DNA of 64,000 nucleotides, taken from IMG/VR virus record IMGVR_UViG_3300028534_000002; one strand, given 5' to 3'. The notes beneath the pieces are model-generated. The model did no database searches, was not told the DNA's origin, and saw only the letters and a program-made list of their open reading frames with translations. Positions 37,249-48,200 of the stretch are shown in pieces (positions within the stretch are counted from its first letter, which is position 1; each line of letters starts with the position of its first letter). Source of the stretch: a virus. The translations under genes and the position numbers were made by a program.

Positions 37249-37630
37249 GCAATGCTTTTATTTTCTTGTCTACACCAAAGAAGTACAGAACTGCTATTGC
37301 ACCGATTGCATAGTGAAAATACTTCTTATATACTTCTTGTACTTCTCTTAGTTCTGCTTGATCTTCTTTTATCTCATCAATAAGACTATTGTATTGAATC
37401 TTATTTTTTTCTTCAGACTTTTTGAATTCGTCCTTAAGCGTGTCAACTTGAACAATTAATTGTTCAAGTAAGATATTTGTCTTCACTCTTTGCTCCATGT
37501 TTACTGTTGAGCAGCATGTGTCATTAATACCCTTTACTGCCTCCTCTAATGATTCTACTCTGCCATGGTATGGGCATGTACTATTGTCGCTCACTTTTTT
37601 GTTCCCCCTACTCTTTATTTTCCAAAACAT
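37235..37630 (-). CDS. membrane-anchored coiled-coil protein (up to 131 aa; start uncertain)
   Basis: C-terminal TM segment YFHYAIGAIAVLYFFGV. An alternative GTG start at 37594 has an AGGGGG RBS. Confidence 0.5.
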   Translation of the reverse strand: MFWKIKSRGNKKVSDNSTCPYHGRVESLEEAVKGINDTCCSTVNMEQRVKTNILLEQLIVQVDTLKDEFKKSEEKNKIQYNSLIDEIKEDQAELREVQEVYKKYFHYAIGAIAVLYFFGVDKKIKALLGGG

Positions 37631-39366
37631 CGTACAATATCACCAGTTTCAGTATTCACACACATAAACTCGTTATCTTCCCAGTAGTTTTTAAATACTT
37701 TGTTGACCTTTGCTTCAAGTGACATTTCTTTTAGCGTGATTCCATCTTTTTCTGCTCTAACCTTTGAGTCACCTTCGACGTACACTCCGCTATCTGTTCC
37801 ATCATCAACCCACTCTCTTGTGATAACCTGTAGATTTGAATCGCTGTATGGCTTATAGATTCCAACTAACTGAGAGTTTGTATCAAGTGTTACATTTGTT
37901 GTACTATTTTTCGTCAATGAATTAACATTGTATTCAATAATTGAACCAGTTAGTTGTTGTTCGCCATTAGTCTCCTCATCATATGCTGTTGCAGTTATTA
38001 AATACAAGATACTTCCATCTGCGTTAGTCTCTCCTGCAACTATTTCTGCTGCCTCTGTAAACGTTCCAATAACTGTACCATCAGCCTTTATGCATGTATA
38101 CTCAGATCCTCTTTTAAATATCCTGCTTCCATTTCTTGCTCCAAAGACCATATCTGCATTATAGTTGTTGATTGTGATATTTGAGAATGTAGTATCATGA
38201 TATCTTGCGATCTTGTCTGATGTGTATGACAATCCATCTTTAATAAATTCTATATATGCATCTTTGACAACAATAGACGTTGCTCCAATTACGTTTGGAG
38301 AATTAAATGTTCCAAGTGTATCAACCTCTTCCATCCAATTTCCAACTTCTATATATGCATTGTTGTCGTCAAGTTTTTGATAGTCAACAACTTTGTCTGC
38401 AATCTTTGTTCCAGATATTGCGTCGCCTACATCTGCAATAAAGTTATATTTTCTCATCCTTAACACTGAAAATGGTGACTTAAGGTAGTTCGAGCTACTC
38501 CAGCAGCGTGTTTGGTACTGACCTTTTTCAGGTATTTCTATATCATACGTCATTCCACAAAACCTTACAGATGTATATCCAAATAGAGCATATGTCGTTG
38601 ATGCATAATCATATCCTATTGAATACTCTCTTTCTCCAGGAGTTGAGCCTGGACTTGGCGCTGCTCCTATATACCCATCAAGTATATATGGTGTATCAAG
38701 TGATCTAAACATTCTTGAGTTCCTATAGCTACCAGTATCTCCATCATCAGAGTTTGATGTTGTTACTTTTATATATGGAAAGAAGTCAATATGAGCACCG
38801 TAAAACATGCCTTGTGCTCTTGTTACAGCACTCGCCTCAATTAGCACATCGCCAAGTATTTTTATGTTACAACTATAAAACATCCAGTCAGTATTTGTCA
38901 TAAACGCACCAGGTTTTGACAATCTTATCTGTGATACAGCATCGATATTTGCAAGATTAAACATATAATTTGATTTGGTTGCCTCTGGAGCATATCCGAC
39001 ATTAACTGATTTTGCTATAGCGCACCTAAATGAAGATCTAAGATCAGTAACGTTATCTATATTCTGTAATCGTATTCTGTCTGCAATCGTATACATGAAA
39101 ATCTCATTTGCACTTGTCAATGATTTAGCATTTTTAAAATTAATATATTCATATATCCTTGATCTGAAACCTACCTTGTCAGGATCTAATTCTGTAACTG
39201 CATTTGTTGACCTGACCTTGACATCTTGTGCGTCAGACACCATCTCTGATGAATCAATGTCTATTCTCGTGTTTGCTGCTAGTGGTATCCAAGTTGTTCC
39301 GCCATCAACGGAATATTCTCCGTCAACTGGCAATTCAACAACTACTGGCAATCTTTTTTTTATCAT
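37615..39366 (-). CDS. tail protein, LRR-like repeat family, paralog 1 (583 aa)
   Basis: Shares its N-terminus (KK.LPVVVELPVDGEYSVDGGTTWIPLAANTR) and C-terminus (EFMCVN....IVRCFGK) with the 588-aa neighbour. The central part has BspA-type repeats (..MF..C.I..L..). Confidence 0.6.
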   Translation of the reverse strand: MIKKRLPVVVELPVDGEYSVDGGTTWIPLAANTRIDIDSSEMVSDAQDVKVRSTNAVTELDPDKVGFRSRIYEYINFKNAKSLTSANEIFMYTIADRIRLQNIDNVTDLRSSFRCAIAKSVNVGYAPEATKSNYMFNLANIDAVSQIRLSKPGAFMTNTDWMFYSCNIKILGDVLIEASAVTRAQGMFYGAHIDFFPYIKVTTSNSDDGDTGSYRNSRMFRSLDTPYILDGYIGAAPSPGSTPGEREYSIGYDYASTTYALFGYTSVRFCGMTYDIEIPEKGQYQTRCWSSSNYLKSPFSVLRMRKYNFIADVGDAISGTKIADKVVDYQKLDDNNAYIEVGNWMEEVDTLGTFNSPNVIGATSIVVKDAYIEFIKDGLSYTSDKIARYHDTTFSNITINNYNADMVFGARNGSRIFKRGSEYTCIKADGTVIGTFTEAAEIVAGETNADGSILYLITATAYDEETNGEQQLTGSIIEYNVNSLTKNSTTNVTLDTNSQLVGIYKPYSDSNLQVITREWVDDGTDSGVYVEGDSKVRAEKDGITLKEMSLEAKVNKVFKNYWEDNEFMCVNTETGDIVRCFGK

Positions 39367-39386
39367 CTGTTTTCCTTTTTGTTAAA

Positions 39387-41153
39387 TTATGAACCAAAGC
39401 ATCTTACAACTTTGATTGGTGATACAGCTCTATTGACACATACAAATTCGGCTGATTCAGCAAACGATGGAAACACTTCATTAACTGCTTCACTTAAGTC
39501 TGTAGACAACTCTTCTGAACCAGCTTGTGTCATTGACCTTACCTTTGAATTGTCTAATACTAGAGCTCCTCCAGCATCTACATATCCAACATCAAGCAAC
39601 TGAATATATGCTTTATCGTCTGAGCAGTATACTCCAGTGATCTCGTGATCATCTTCGTTCGTTACTGAGAACTGAGTACTTGATCCGTCAGCTGTATTAT
39701 ACACGGTAATTGTGTTTGTAACGTTTTGTCCTGCCGCTTGAGACTTATCAATTCTTTCTCCAGTTACAACATATAGTTTTGTTCCATCCGCATTCATTTG
39801 TGCAAAATTTGGTGTAACTCCAGCAATCGTTGCAAGAAGATTTCCTTGGTCATCGTACGTTTTCAAATCATCGCCATCTTGCACTGCATAAAATCCATTT
39901 CTAGAATACCACACACTATCTGATACAAGTCCATGAGCAACTGGTTCATCAAACACCAAGTTATCATCATGTCTGTCTGCCCACTTTGATACGTACTTGT
40001 TTCCATTATCAATCTTAACAATTCTATCATTTACTGCAGAAAGCATGCCAGAATCAATTAGTTGTGATCCATCGTATACTTCTAGTTCACTAAAAACTGG
40101 TATCCATTTAGCGTCCTCTAGGATATCATATGTTGCTGATCTCTTAAGTGGCTCAAGCTTCTCTATGAGCTCAGGCTTTAATCCATCAAAGCTCGAAGTA
40201 ATATCACTATACGATGACACTGTTCTGTCTACATATCTTGAGAAAAATGATTCAGCGTCTGACATATATGTAAAGCCATATGATCTGTCTCTATCAGCTG
40301 TAATCTCAAACTTCTCATCAATGTCAAATCCTGCAAATTTTAGATCGCAGTTCTTAAATGAAAATGAGTTAATGTAGCTTGAAGAGTGCCCTCCACTAAC
40401 AGGTGAAGCGCAAAATATATAATTGTCTTCGTATATATTAAATTTTGAATACAAGAAATATTTTGAGTTTGTATAGTAGAATGGTTGATATTTACCAGAT
40501 GCATAGTACGCTCCCTCTGAAATGAATTCAAAATATGGGAATAATTCAATATTTGAATATGCAAACATATAAGCATATTCGTCACCATGTCCATAGTTCT
40601 CAACTGGTGTCCCATCTACATTTCTTGGGAATAAAATACTTCCTAACCTCTTGATGTTCGCATAGTGGAATGTAGCGTAGAATCTAGTAATTCTTGTGTC
40701 ATTCGACTTGTCTATTCCACTTACCTCATTTATCGTTGCTCTGTTATATGTACTTTCATAATTAAGGCACTCTGGAGCATGTGCTACATATACTTGCTTT
40801 CCAGTAAACTTGTAAAACGCATCCTTCATCGTTGCTACTGCTGGAATGTTGTTTATTCTAACTTTTTCTATGTTTAAGTACTTAAACAACCCCTCTAGAG
40901 TTGTTAGATTCTTACCATTCCTAATATTAAAGCTTTTCATTATTCTATTGTCAATCCCTAGCAATGACCTATCAATAGACGTTGCATTGTCTGCAGTAGA
41001 CCTTACCATTACTTTTCCAGAGTCAGGCAGATCAGCTGCTTGTATCTCAGCTCTTGTGTTCGCTGCCAGTGTTGTCCAGGTTGATCCTTCGTCAGACGAG
41101 TATTCAACATCGTAGGCAAACTCTAAGACCACTGGGTAATATTTTCTTACCAT
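39387..41153 (-). CDS. tail protein, LRR-like repeat family, paralog 2 (588 aa)
   Basis: Clear paralog of 37615-39366, with the same N- and C-terminal signatures (YYPVVLEF..., ...EFVCVNRAVSPIKVVRCFGS). Confidence 0.6.
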   Translation of the reverse strand: MVRKYYPVVLEFAYDVEYSSDEGSTWTTLAANTRAEIQAADLPDSGKVMVRSTADNATSIDRSLLGIDNRIMKSFNIRNGKNLTTLEGLFKYLNIEKVRINNIPAVATMKDAFYKFTGKQVYVAHAPECLNYESTYNRATINEVSGIDKSNDTRITRFYATFHYANIKRLGSILFPRNVDGTPVENYGHGDEYAYMFAYSNIELFPYFEFISEGAYYASGKYQPFYYTNSKYFLYSKFNIYEDNYIFCASPVSGGHSSSYINSFSFKNCDLKFAGFDIDEKFEITADRDRSYGFTYMSDAESFFSRYVDRTVSSYSDITSSFDGLKPELIEKLEPLKRSATYDILEDAKWIPVFSELEVYDGSQLIDSGMLSAVNDRIVKIDNGNKYVSKWADRHDDNLVFDEPVAHGLVSDSVWYSRNGFYAVQDGDDLKTYDDQGNLLATIAGVTPNFAQMNADGTKLYVVTGERIDKSQAAGQNVTNTITVYNTADGSSTQFSVTNEDDHEITGVYCSDDKAYIQLLDVGYVDAGGALVLDNSKVRSMTQAGSEELSTDLSEAVNEVFPSFAESAEFVCVNRAVSPIKVVRCFGS

Positions 41154-41162
41154 GTTATTCCT

Positions 41163-43178
41163 TTATATTGTGTCTAAATATTGTATATCACTAAGCGTTA
41201 ATGTTCGGTTAAAAACCCAAACGCCACCGTTTGCCAAATAGTTATCATTTGCAGCATTATATTGTTGACAATAGAAACTGTCAGTATCACTTACTGGGTC
41301 AGTAAACGGCATAATAAATGAGTCTCCAACTTGTTGACCATTTATTACAAAATAGTATTCTCCGCTATCTTCTGCTGTCTCAATTATTGCAATAGAAAAT
41401 TCATCATCACCATTCTGAACCAGTGGCAGTAAATCGTCAGACTCAATCCTTGTAACAAAATCATCATCGTCATTATCTCTATTTCCAACTATTGCAGTCA
41501 ATGTTCCGTCACTGTTTTTTATAAACCCAATAAGAAATTTTGTTGGGCCTGTTTCGTCGATGATGCATCCAAATGCGTGATAATACTGATCAGAATCAGG
41601 GATTGTTTTCCACTTAACTCTTAGGTAAATATTTTTGTATGTTTCCTCTCTTACTCCTGCATCAGCAATTATGTTACACATGTATCCTCCAATTGGACTC
41701 ATCACTACACTTCCTCCAAACTTAGTAAATGTATACGATTTGTCCCATCCGTTTGCAGGATCTGGAAAAGCATCATCACTTATTCTATCGCAGCAATTGT
41801 TTTTCCCTATCATATATACACACGAGCCGTCATCGAACGGATCAACAATATCAGATTCTGGAACAATGTCAAATTCAAGCGTATATGTGCTGTCATCAAA
41901 CCCTGTGTCCAGTCCAGTGTCCACTTCGAATTCATCTCTTCTGCTCATTTGAACACTGTTGTTCAAGATATTGTAATCAATTTCAATAGTATATGCATCT
42001 GGATCAAAATCTATATCTAGCCCAGTGTCAACTTCAAGTTCCTCTCTTTGATGCATTGGTATTGTAGTGTTCTGTATTTCACTTGTTATCTCAAGCACAT
42101 ATGTGTCATCATCCATTGACTCATCAAGTCCAGTTTCAACTTCAAACTCTTCTCTTTGGTTTGCTGGAATATCATTGTTTGTGCATTTGACATCAAGTTC
42201 GATAAGTTGATTATCGTCTATCTCAGTAGGTAGTCCATCTTTTATCTCATATACTTCATGTGCATATACTTCTTTTGTTGCGATGTCATACTCTATCTCC
42301 ATACTGTCATCTATATTCTCTGGCAAACCATCAACTATCTCAAGTGCATCATGAGCCACATACTCTTTTGTTTTCATGTCAAATTCAAACGCTTGATACT
42401 CATCTGAACCAGTGCTTAGTCCATCTTCATTACTAAATTCTTCATGAGCTATGTATTCCTTTGTCTTTAAGTCAAACTCGATACTCATGTCGTCGTTTGC
42501 AATGTTCTCTGGAAGTCTTTCATACTTCTTTGTAAACATTATACGTTTTCTTGATATGAACAAGTCTAGTTCTGAGATAACTTTATCCGATTCAACTATT
42601 GTGCTGCGTATAGAGTCTTCGTCTAGATTTGTCAAGTCAAGTGACCCGATGTATTCTGGATCTGCTCGTAAAAACATTTCCTTTGCACCTTGCCCACTAA
42701 AGCTAGACATAGACTCAACTCTGTTAACGCTAGAGTGCTTGAACATCTCATTTGCACTCTTAAGGTTTGACGGTGACAACTGAATGGTTGATACATTCTT
42801 TGTGTTCTCAAACATGTTATCTGCAACAACAAGCGATACTGTTGGCATTACAACATTTGATAGCGAACTGTTTTTAAACGCCTCTACTGCGCTTGTTATT
42901 TGCGTTGATGATGCAACTTCAACAAATTGCAGCTCTGACAAGTCCATAAAAGACTGATTTAGACTTGTTATCTCAGAGTCTTCAATCTTTACATCTTTTA
43001 CTGCACCTCTTATCTTTAAATTATCAACAGTTGATGTTGAGCCAAATTCAACTACATCACCTGGCTGAAATTCTAGGTCATGCCACTCTTCACCTCTGAG
43101 TGTTATCCATGATCTAGATCCATAAATCCTGTATCTGAACGTATTTGAGGCGTATATGCTAACCTTTCTTGTACTCAT
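41163..43178 (-). CDS. tail protein, LRR-like N-part + acidic tandem repeats + LamG/ConA-like C-terminus (671 aa)
   Basis: The N-terminal 170 aa resemble the two paralogs. aa 218-438 (nt about 41865-42527) are six to seven roughly 30-35-aa acidic repeats (...KTKEY(I/V)AH... and ...QREE(F/L)EV(E/D)TGLD...). The C-terminus ...GGVWVFNRTLTLSDIQYL resembles a LamG-type end. Confidence 0.55.
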   Translation of the reverse strand: MSTRKVSIYASNTFRYRIYGSRSWITLRGEEWHDLEFQPGDVVEFGSTSTVDNLKIRGAVKDVKIEDSEITSLNQSFMDLSELQFVEVASSTQITSAVEAFKNSSLSNVVMPTVSLVVADNMFENTKNVSTIQLSPSNLKSANEMFKHSSVNRVESMSSFSGQGAKEMFLRADPEYIGSLDLTNLDEDSIRSTIVESDKVISELDLFISRKRIMFTKKYERLPENIANDDMSIEFDLKTKEYIAHEEFSNEDGLSTGSDEYQAFEFDMKTKEYVAHDALEIVDGLPENIDDSMEIEYDIATKEVYAHEVYEIKDGLPTEIDDNQLIELDVKCTNNDIPANQREEFEVETGLDESMDDDTYVLEITSEIQNTTIPMHQREELEVDTGLDIDFDPDAYTIEIDYNILNNSVQMSRRDEFEVDTGLDTGFDDSTYTLEFDIVPESDIVDPFDDGSCVYMIGKNNCCDRISDDAFPDPANGWDKSYTFTKFGGSVVMSPIGGYMCNIIADAGVREETYKNIYLRVKWKTIPDSDQYYHAFGCIIDETGPTKFLIGFIKNSDGTLTAIVGNRDNDDDDFVTRIESDDLLPLVQNGDDEFSIAIIETAEDSGEYYFVINGQQVGDSFIMPFTDPVSDTDSFYCQQYNAANDNYLANGGVWVFNRTLTLSDIQYLDTI

Positions 43179-44248
43179 TAATCATCCTCTCTTTCTATGT
43201 ATCTTATCTTTATTGAAGATATACTATGCTTCGACAAATCAGTGCTATTGCTGTACTTGTACTTTACATTGATTTTATCGTAAGTATGCTCAGTGTACGC
43301 TGTTTCCATAAGTAAGTTAAAGTTAGCCTCTGCACCATATACAACATGAAGCTCTGTGTCCGATCTTCCTTCTCTGTCTACAACAACAACCTCAGTCAAT
43401 GTGCTTTCGTCACTGCTAATTTTGTTCTCGATATGCATGAATGCATCAGGAATCATTTCAACCCAAATATATCCAATTGAATCAGATATCAATGTTTTAC
43501 CGTTAACTTCAACTGACAATATTAGCGTTTTGCTAGTATCAATGCCTCTAAAAAAGTTCATCTCTGTTACGTCAGAACCTCTTGCGTTAAGATAGAATCC
43601 ATCTGGCCCATCAACGATATCGCTTTGATCAGCTCTGTCACTTTCGTTGAAGAATTGATAAAACTCCTGGCTCGTTGATATTGTTACTTCTTTATATACA
43701 AGTGGATTGTTGTCTGAAACAGTTAGTGTACCATATAATTTTGGAGTTGTTACTTCACATCTATTGATAAACATATCAAGTGCTGTAATGTTTCTCCATG
43801 GTGATCCATATGTTAGTGGATATAGAGATGTATCCTCGTTTGCGGAAAACAGTAACCCATTAACCTCTACAACACTTCCTTTTCCATACTTTCTTCCATC
43901 TTCATATCTGTCTATCGCTATTCTTGTTGATACGTCAATAATTGATCTTTTTATCTGGATCCATTCGTTCATGTCTGCAGAATATATATACTCAGATCCA
44001 TCATGAAGAACAGTAACATCCATGTCTTTCTTTAAGGTAATATCAGACAACGATTGCACATATCTAACAACAGGCTGGTTTAGTATATAATTTATCGATC
44101 CTGCATTGTCATCCTTGCAGTCTGGTTCTGGAGGATTTACTTCAATTTGTTGCTCACTATTGTCAAATCTCTTTATTACTAAATATTTTCCAACTCTTCT
44201 AACGCCTACAATTTTGTTATTAAGCTCGCTAAGATTCTCTTGTATCAC
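43178..44248 (-). CDS. tail/virion structural protein, function unknown (356 aa)
   Basis: ORF coupled to both neighbours, within the tail block. Confidence 0.6.
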   Translation of the reverse strand: MIQENLSELNNKIVGVRRVGKYLVIKRFDNSEQQIEVNPPEPDCKDDNAGSINYILNQPVVRYVQSLSDITLKKDMDVTVLHDGSEYIYSADMNEWIQIKRSIIDVSTRIAIDRYEDGRKYGKGSVVEVNGLLFSANEDTSLYPLTYGSPWRNITALDMFINRCEVTTPKLYGTLTVSDNNPLVYKEVTISTSQEFYQFFNESDRADQSDIVDGPDGFYLNARGSDVTEMNFFRGIDTSKTLILSVEVNGKTLISDSIGYIWVEMIPDAFMHIENKISSDESTLTEVVVVDREGRSDTELHVVYGAEANFNLLMETAYTEHTYDKINVKYKYSNSTDLSKHSISSIKIRYIEREDD

Positions 44249-44249
44249 T

Positions 44250-46025
44250 TTATACCTCCAGCTTTAAAATTTCTTTTGTTCTATATTTAGTCATCAGATA
44301 CCTACCCTCAAGATCCATAACATACATAGAGTTATATCTTATATCAATATCTGTATCCAGTTTTCTATCAAGTGATGTCTTTGCAAGCATTGTTCCGTCA
44401 TTAACTGATACCTCGTATATTTCGCTATCACCTGGAAATATTGAAGATGCATACATTCTTGATGAATCAATAATAGATATTTTTGTTTTTGATGTATAGT
44501 TTTGCAATGCAATAATTCCTGATTGGTCAGAGTCTATATCATCAAACATGTAAACCTTCCCATTCGTTGTAAGTAGATACAGTGTGTCTCCTCTTGCTGA
44601 TGCAGACATTACGCCATAATCCTCAAGTATATCCTGCAGGTCAATTTGTCTCTTGTACTCAAGTGTATATGCATCATATATTTTAGCAACAAGACCACAA
44701 AATAGTATCAAATCTCCTTGAAATGATGCCAATGCTGTAACTATATCACCTGGTATAATAGAGCGCTCATAAACGTTGTTAAACACCCCATTTGATATAT
44801 CATAAATATATGTTTCTCCATTTAACTTATCTGAAGCAATTGATACATATTTTGATCCAGTGAAACAGAATCCTATTGGATTGAAATCATATACCTTATA
44901 GTTATACTTACTGTCGTCAACAATATTTATGTGCGTTAAAATCTTTACATACGACATGATACATTCGTCATCAATAGCAAATATATCTTCTGTTGTTATA
45001 ACTCTCCATGGAGACTGGTTCATCCTCTTCTTTCTTATAGCTAATCCATCAACATAATATAGATTGTTTCTATTGTCTATTGCATATATTTTTGAAGAGT
45101 CGATTTGAATACTATCAGATAGATCCATTTTTTTGATATTTAAAATTCTTGCAGTGTCATCATTCATGACTATAAGCAATTCTGCACTTGATCCTGTTAT
45201 CTGAGATATGTCTGCACCTACATCAACTACATCATCATCTATAGTCATTAGGTTTGTATCGACAAACAATACTTTTCTATCACTTGTTGCAACCGCAATC
45301 CTTCCATCTACCTCTGCTATTGATACTATATTTGATCCAATATCAATCTCTTTGTCTTCTATTTCGTGGTCAAGATCTGTCATTTTAAGGACAGACTCTT
45401 CTGTGTAGAATTTTAACCCAAAAACAACTATCTCCTTCATTTGTCCAGGCGGTGAATATCTCGTCTCTTCTCCAACAACTCCATCTTTATTGATTCTGTA
45501 TATACCTTGTGTTGATGATGCTACTAGAGACCTATATCCATTTATATACTCAAGGCCTGTGATACCAAAAATATCATTATTGGAGAATAGTTCTGAACCA
45601 GTGAGTGACAGGTCACTTGTTTCGCTTAATGGGGCTACTCCAGCTTGTACATCCTCTGTTGCAGCAAACTTTAATCCTTCGTATCCAACAACGCTATTTT
45701 CTTGGTATTCTAAATTCTCATCATAATAATCTATTCTGAAAATGTTTTTATCAAAATCATTTTTTAAAACTAGCTTCCACTTATCGTCTTCCCTAAAGAA
45801 TACGTCTCCAGTTGTTTCATTCTTGCATACAGAGTCATTTGGTGCACTAATGTATAAATCTGTGTATATCTTTGGCACCCTTCCCTCTGCTGTCAAAAAG
45901 TTTGCCTGTTCTGCATATCTTATTGTTGCGCTTGTTCCGTCTTCAGCAAAGAATCTAACTTTCCCAGTATCTTCAAATACTTGGAAGCTGTTAAATGCTG
46001 ACAGTATTGATGTTTTGCCTATCAT
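44250..46025 (-). CDS. tail/virion structural protein, function unknown (591 aa)
   Basis: ORF with a 4-nt ATGA overlap to the upstream gene. Confidence 0.6.
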   Translation of the reverse strand: MIGKTSILSAFNSFQVFEDTGKVRFFAEDGTSATIRYAEQANFLTAEGRVPKIYTDLYISAPNDSVCKNETTGDVFFREDDKWKLVLKNDFDKNIFRIDYYDENLEYQENSVVGYEGLKFAATEDVQAGVAPLSETSDLSLTGSELFSNNDIFGITGLEYINGYRSLVASSTQGIYRINKDGVVGEETRYSPPGQMKEIVVFGLKFYTEESVLKMTDLDHEIEDKEIDIGSNIVSIAEVDGRIAVATSDRKVLFVDTNLMTIDDDVVDVGADISQITGSSAELLIVMNDDTARILNIKKMDLSDSIQIDSSKIYAIDNRNNLYYVDGLAIRKKRMNQSPWRVITTEDIFAIDDECIMSYVKILTHINIVDDSKYNYKVYDFNPIGFCFTGSKYVSIASDKLNGETYIYDISNGVFNNVYERSIIPGDIVTALASFQGDLILFCGLVAKIYDAYTLEYKRQIDLQDILEDYGVMSASARGDTLYLLTTNGKVYMFDDIDSDQSGIIALQNYTSKTKISIIDSSRMYASSIFPGDSEIYEVSVNDGTMLAKTSLDRKLDTDIDIRYNSMYVMDLEGRYLMTKYRTKEILKLEV

Positions 46026-47734
46026 TTTTTATTTCCTATAACTATATCTTTAAACATTATGCTATCGTGCTCCATGTTTGACCCAACAATTTTTATAGTT
46101 GTTATCTCATACATTGTTGTTGGCATAATTATCATTTGCTTGTAAAACTCTTCTTGATACATATACACAATGTTTCCATCAGTGTCATACAACGCCATTG
46201 TTCCGTCTGTTTGTCTCTCTAGTCCATATTTGTACACCTTAGACCCGTCACTTGTCATTAGATATATTACAAATTTTGATCCTCTAGGTGTATTATCTTT
46301 TAAGTATTTTATTTCAACTTGAACCTGTGTTATAACGTTTGAGAACTCTTTTTCTGCAGAGAATTCCATATTCTCGTTTTGCTGAAAGATCCATCCGTCA
46401 TCAGACAATGACAACTCTGATGTTGTTCCAAAAAACGCATCAAGAGTAACAACATCCTGTATGTAATTTATTGCCTCTTCATCTATAACTAATATTTCTT
46501 TTTTTGCTAAATTTTTCATATCTATTGGATCAGCTGTTAGACTCTCTGTTGTTATATGAAAAGTTTCATCAAAATATATTATCTCGCCAACTTTTACTGG
46601 TATTGTTGTTTCTGTGTATCCAATAACAAGATTGTCATTTTCTTCGTGTAGATTAAGTTTTCTTTTGTTTTTATAATCTTCATAATTATTGTTTATCAGA
46701 GGCTTTATTCTTTCTATTCTATCATCTATTGAAAACATTGAATTCGTTAATGAGTCTTCGTCATCTGACGAGTCTAACAGTCTTATTAATATGTCTCTAT
46801 CAATCTCTGCATCTTCTATCGTTATACACTTTGATATCTCATATTCGTCTGCATTGTCTACATTAAACACATCAAGATCATTCTTTGACACAACACAACA
46901 AAGACTTTTTCCAATTGTAGCATCGCTATATTCAAAATGGTCTTCATTAAGCCGTTCACCATCCATGAACAGCATTACGTTTAATTCTTCAGTCCCAATT
47001 GTACTTGCGTTAATATTTCCGTATAGCTTGTTTCCACTTATAACATTGCTTACAGATATGTCTACTGAGTACTTGTTCCTGTCTATAGTGTGCGTTCCAT
47101 AGTTAACTTTAACACCATTAAATTCGGCATATATGTTTACATCTACCTTTCCTGTAAGTAGCGCAAGTCTGCTATCTTTTATGTCAAGTTCTTTAGAACC
47201 AGCTGATGCTGTATCCTCTTTTCCATCTATAAACCATTTGACTCCATTGTCAAGCGATATTCCTAGATACTGCGGCTTGCCTATATACTCTAATACAATC
47301 TTCTCAGCGATGTTATATTTAACTGTCTTTATTTTTGAAAAATCAAGTTCATACGACCTTTTAAAGTCACATCCAATAGACTTATCTTTACTAGATACAG
47401 ATATTGCTATGCTTTCTGTTCCTGATCCTTCAACTGTATCCATTATTGTTTTTAGCCCAGATATAGTATACTTTATTGCAGAACTATCTTCTGCTTTCTC
47501 TACACTTCCATATTCTGGCGCTTGTATATCAACAACTGGTTCTGATCCTACAGCTGGCATATATGCTTTAAGTACGTCAATACTAAGCACTCCTGTGTCT
47601 GCATTGTACACTGACGACAATATACTACCGTCAACAGCAGAGCAATCAGGAGCATCTTTTATGTGAGTCAACTCAACGCATTTAACGGACTCACTATCTT
47701 CATATCCAAAAAAACTTTTTGCTAAACTTGGCAT
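46022..47734 (-). CDS. tail/virion structural protein, function unknown (570 aa)
   Basis: ORF coupled to the 150-aa gene upstream. Confidence 0.6.
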   Translation of the reverse strand: MPSLAKSFFGYEDSESVKCVELTHIKDAPDCSAVDGSILSSVYNADTGVLSIDVLKAYMPAVGSEPVVDIQAPEYGSVEKAEDSSAIKYTISGLKTIMDTVEGSGTESIAISVSSKDKSIGCDFKRSYELDFSKIKTVKYNIAEKIVLEYIGKPQYLGISLDNGVKWFIDGKEDTASAGSKELDIKDSRLALLTGKVDVNIYAEFNGVKVNYGTHTIDRNKYSVDISVSNVISGNKLYGNINASTIGTEELNVMLFMDGERLNEDHFEYSDATIGKSLCCVVSKNDLDVFNVDNADEYEISKCITIEDAEIDRDILIRLLDSSDDEDSLTNSMFSIDDRIERIKPLINNNYEDYKNKRKLNLHEENDNLVIGYTETTIPVKVGEIIYFDETFHITTESLTADPIDMKNLAKKEILVIDEEAINYIQDVVTLDAFFGTTSELSLSDDGWIFQQNENMEFSAEKEFSNVITQVQVEIKYLKDNTPRGSKFVIYLMTSDGSKVYKYGLERQTDGTMALYDTDGNIVYMYQEEFYKQMIIMPTTMYEITTIKIVGSNMEHDSIMFKDIVIGNKK

Positions 47735-48186
47735 TACATATCCTCTTGTTCATATTGGTCTTCAAGTATAATAGTTTTTTCAAGCCCAACACCTAGTTCA
47801 GCGTAGTCGCTTCTTAGTGACATTATTTTCTGATTCCATGTATTTATTAAGTCTAACGCAAACTCTCTGTGCACATTAAACTTTTCCTTGCTAACATACG
47901 ATGCCATTAGTCTCGCTGCAGCGAAGCACAATCCAACATCAAGCTCTATTGTTGCGTCATCGTCAACTGGAAGATTTGGTCTTCTAACGTAGTATCCATT
48001 GTACGTCTTTCTAACCTTATCAACTGTGCTATCATCTGTCTCAAGATATAATACATCTGCTCTATCTGCTATCTCTTCATATGCGTACTGAAGAAGCGCA
48101 ACTCTTCCTTCTGGATTAACTGTTAGTGTATGATCCCCAGCAAGTAGTGCTTCAACTAGCGCTTGAAGTCGTCCCCATGTCATCAT
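47734..48186 (-). CDS. hypothetical protein downstream of the terminase gene (150 aa)
   Basis: ORF 15 nt downstream of TerL. Confidence 0.6.
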   Translation of the reverse strand: MMTWGRLQALVEALLAGDHTLTVNPEGRVALLQYAYEEIADRADVLYLETDDSTVDKVRKTYNGYYVRRPNLPVDDDATIELDVGLCFAAARLMASYVSKEKFNVHREFALDLINTWNQKIMSLRSDYAELGVGLEKTIILEDQYEQEDM

Positions 48187-48200
48187 TTTATTGCATCCTT

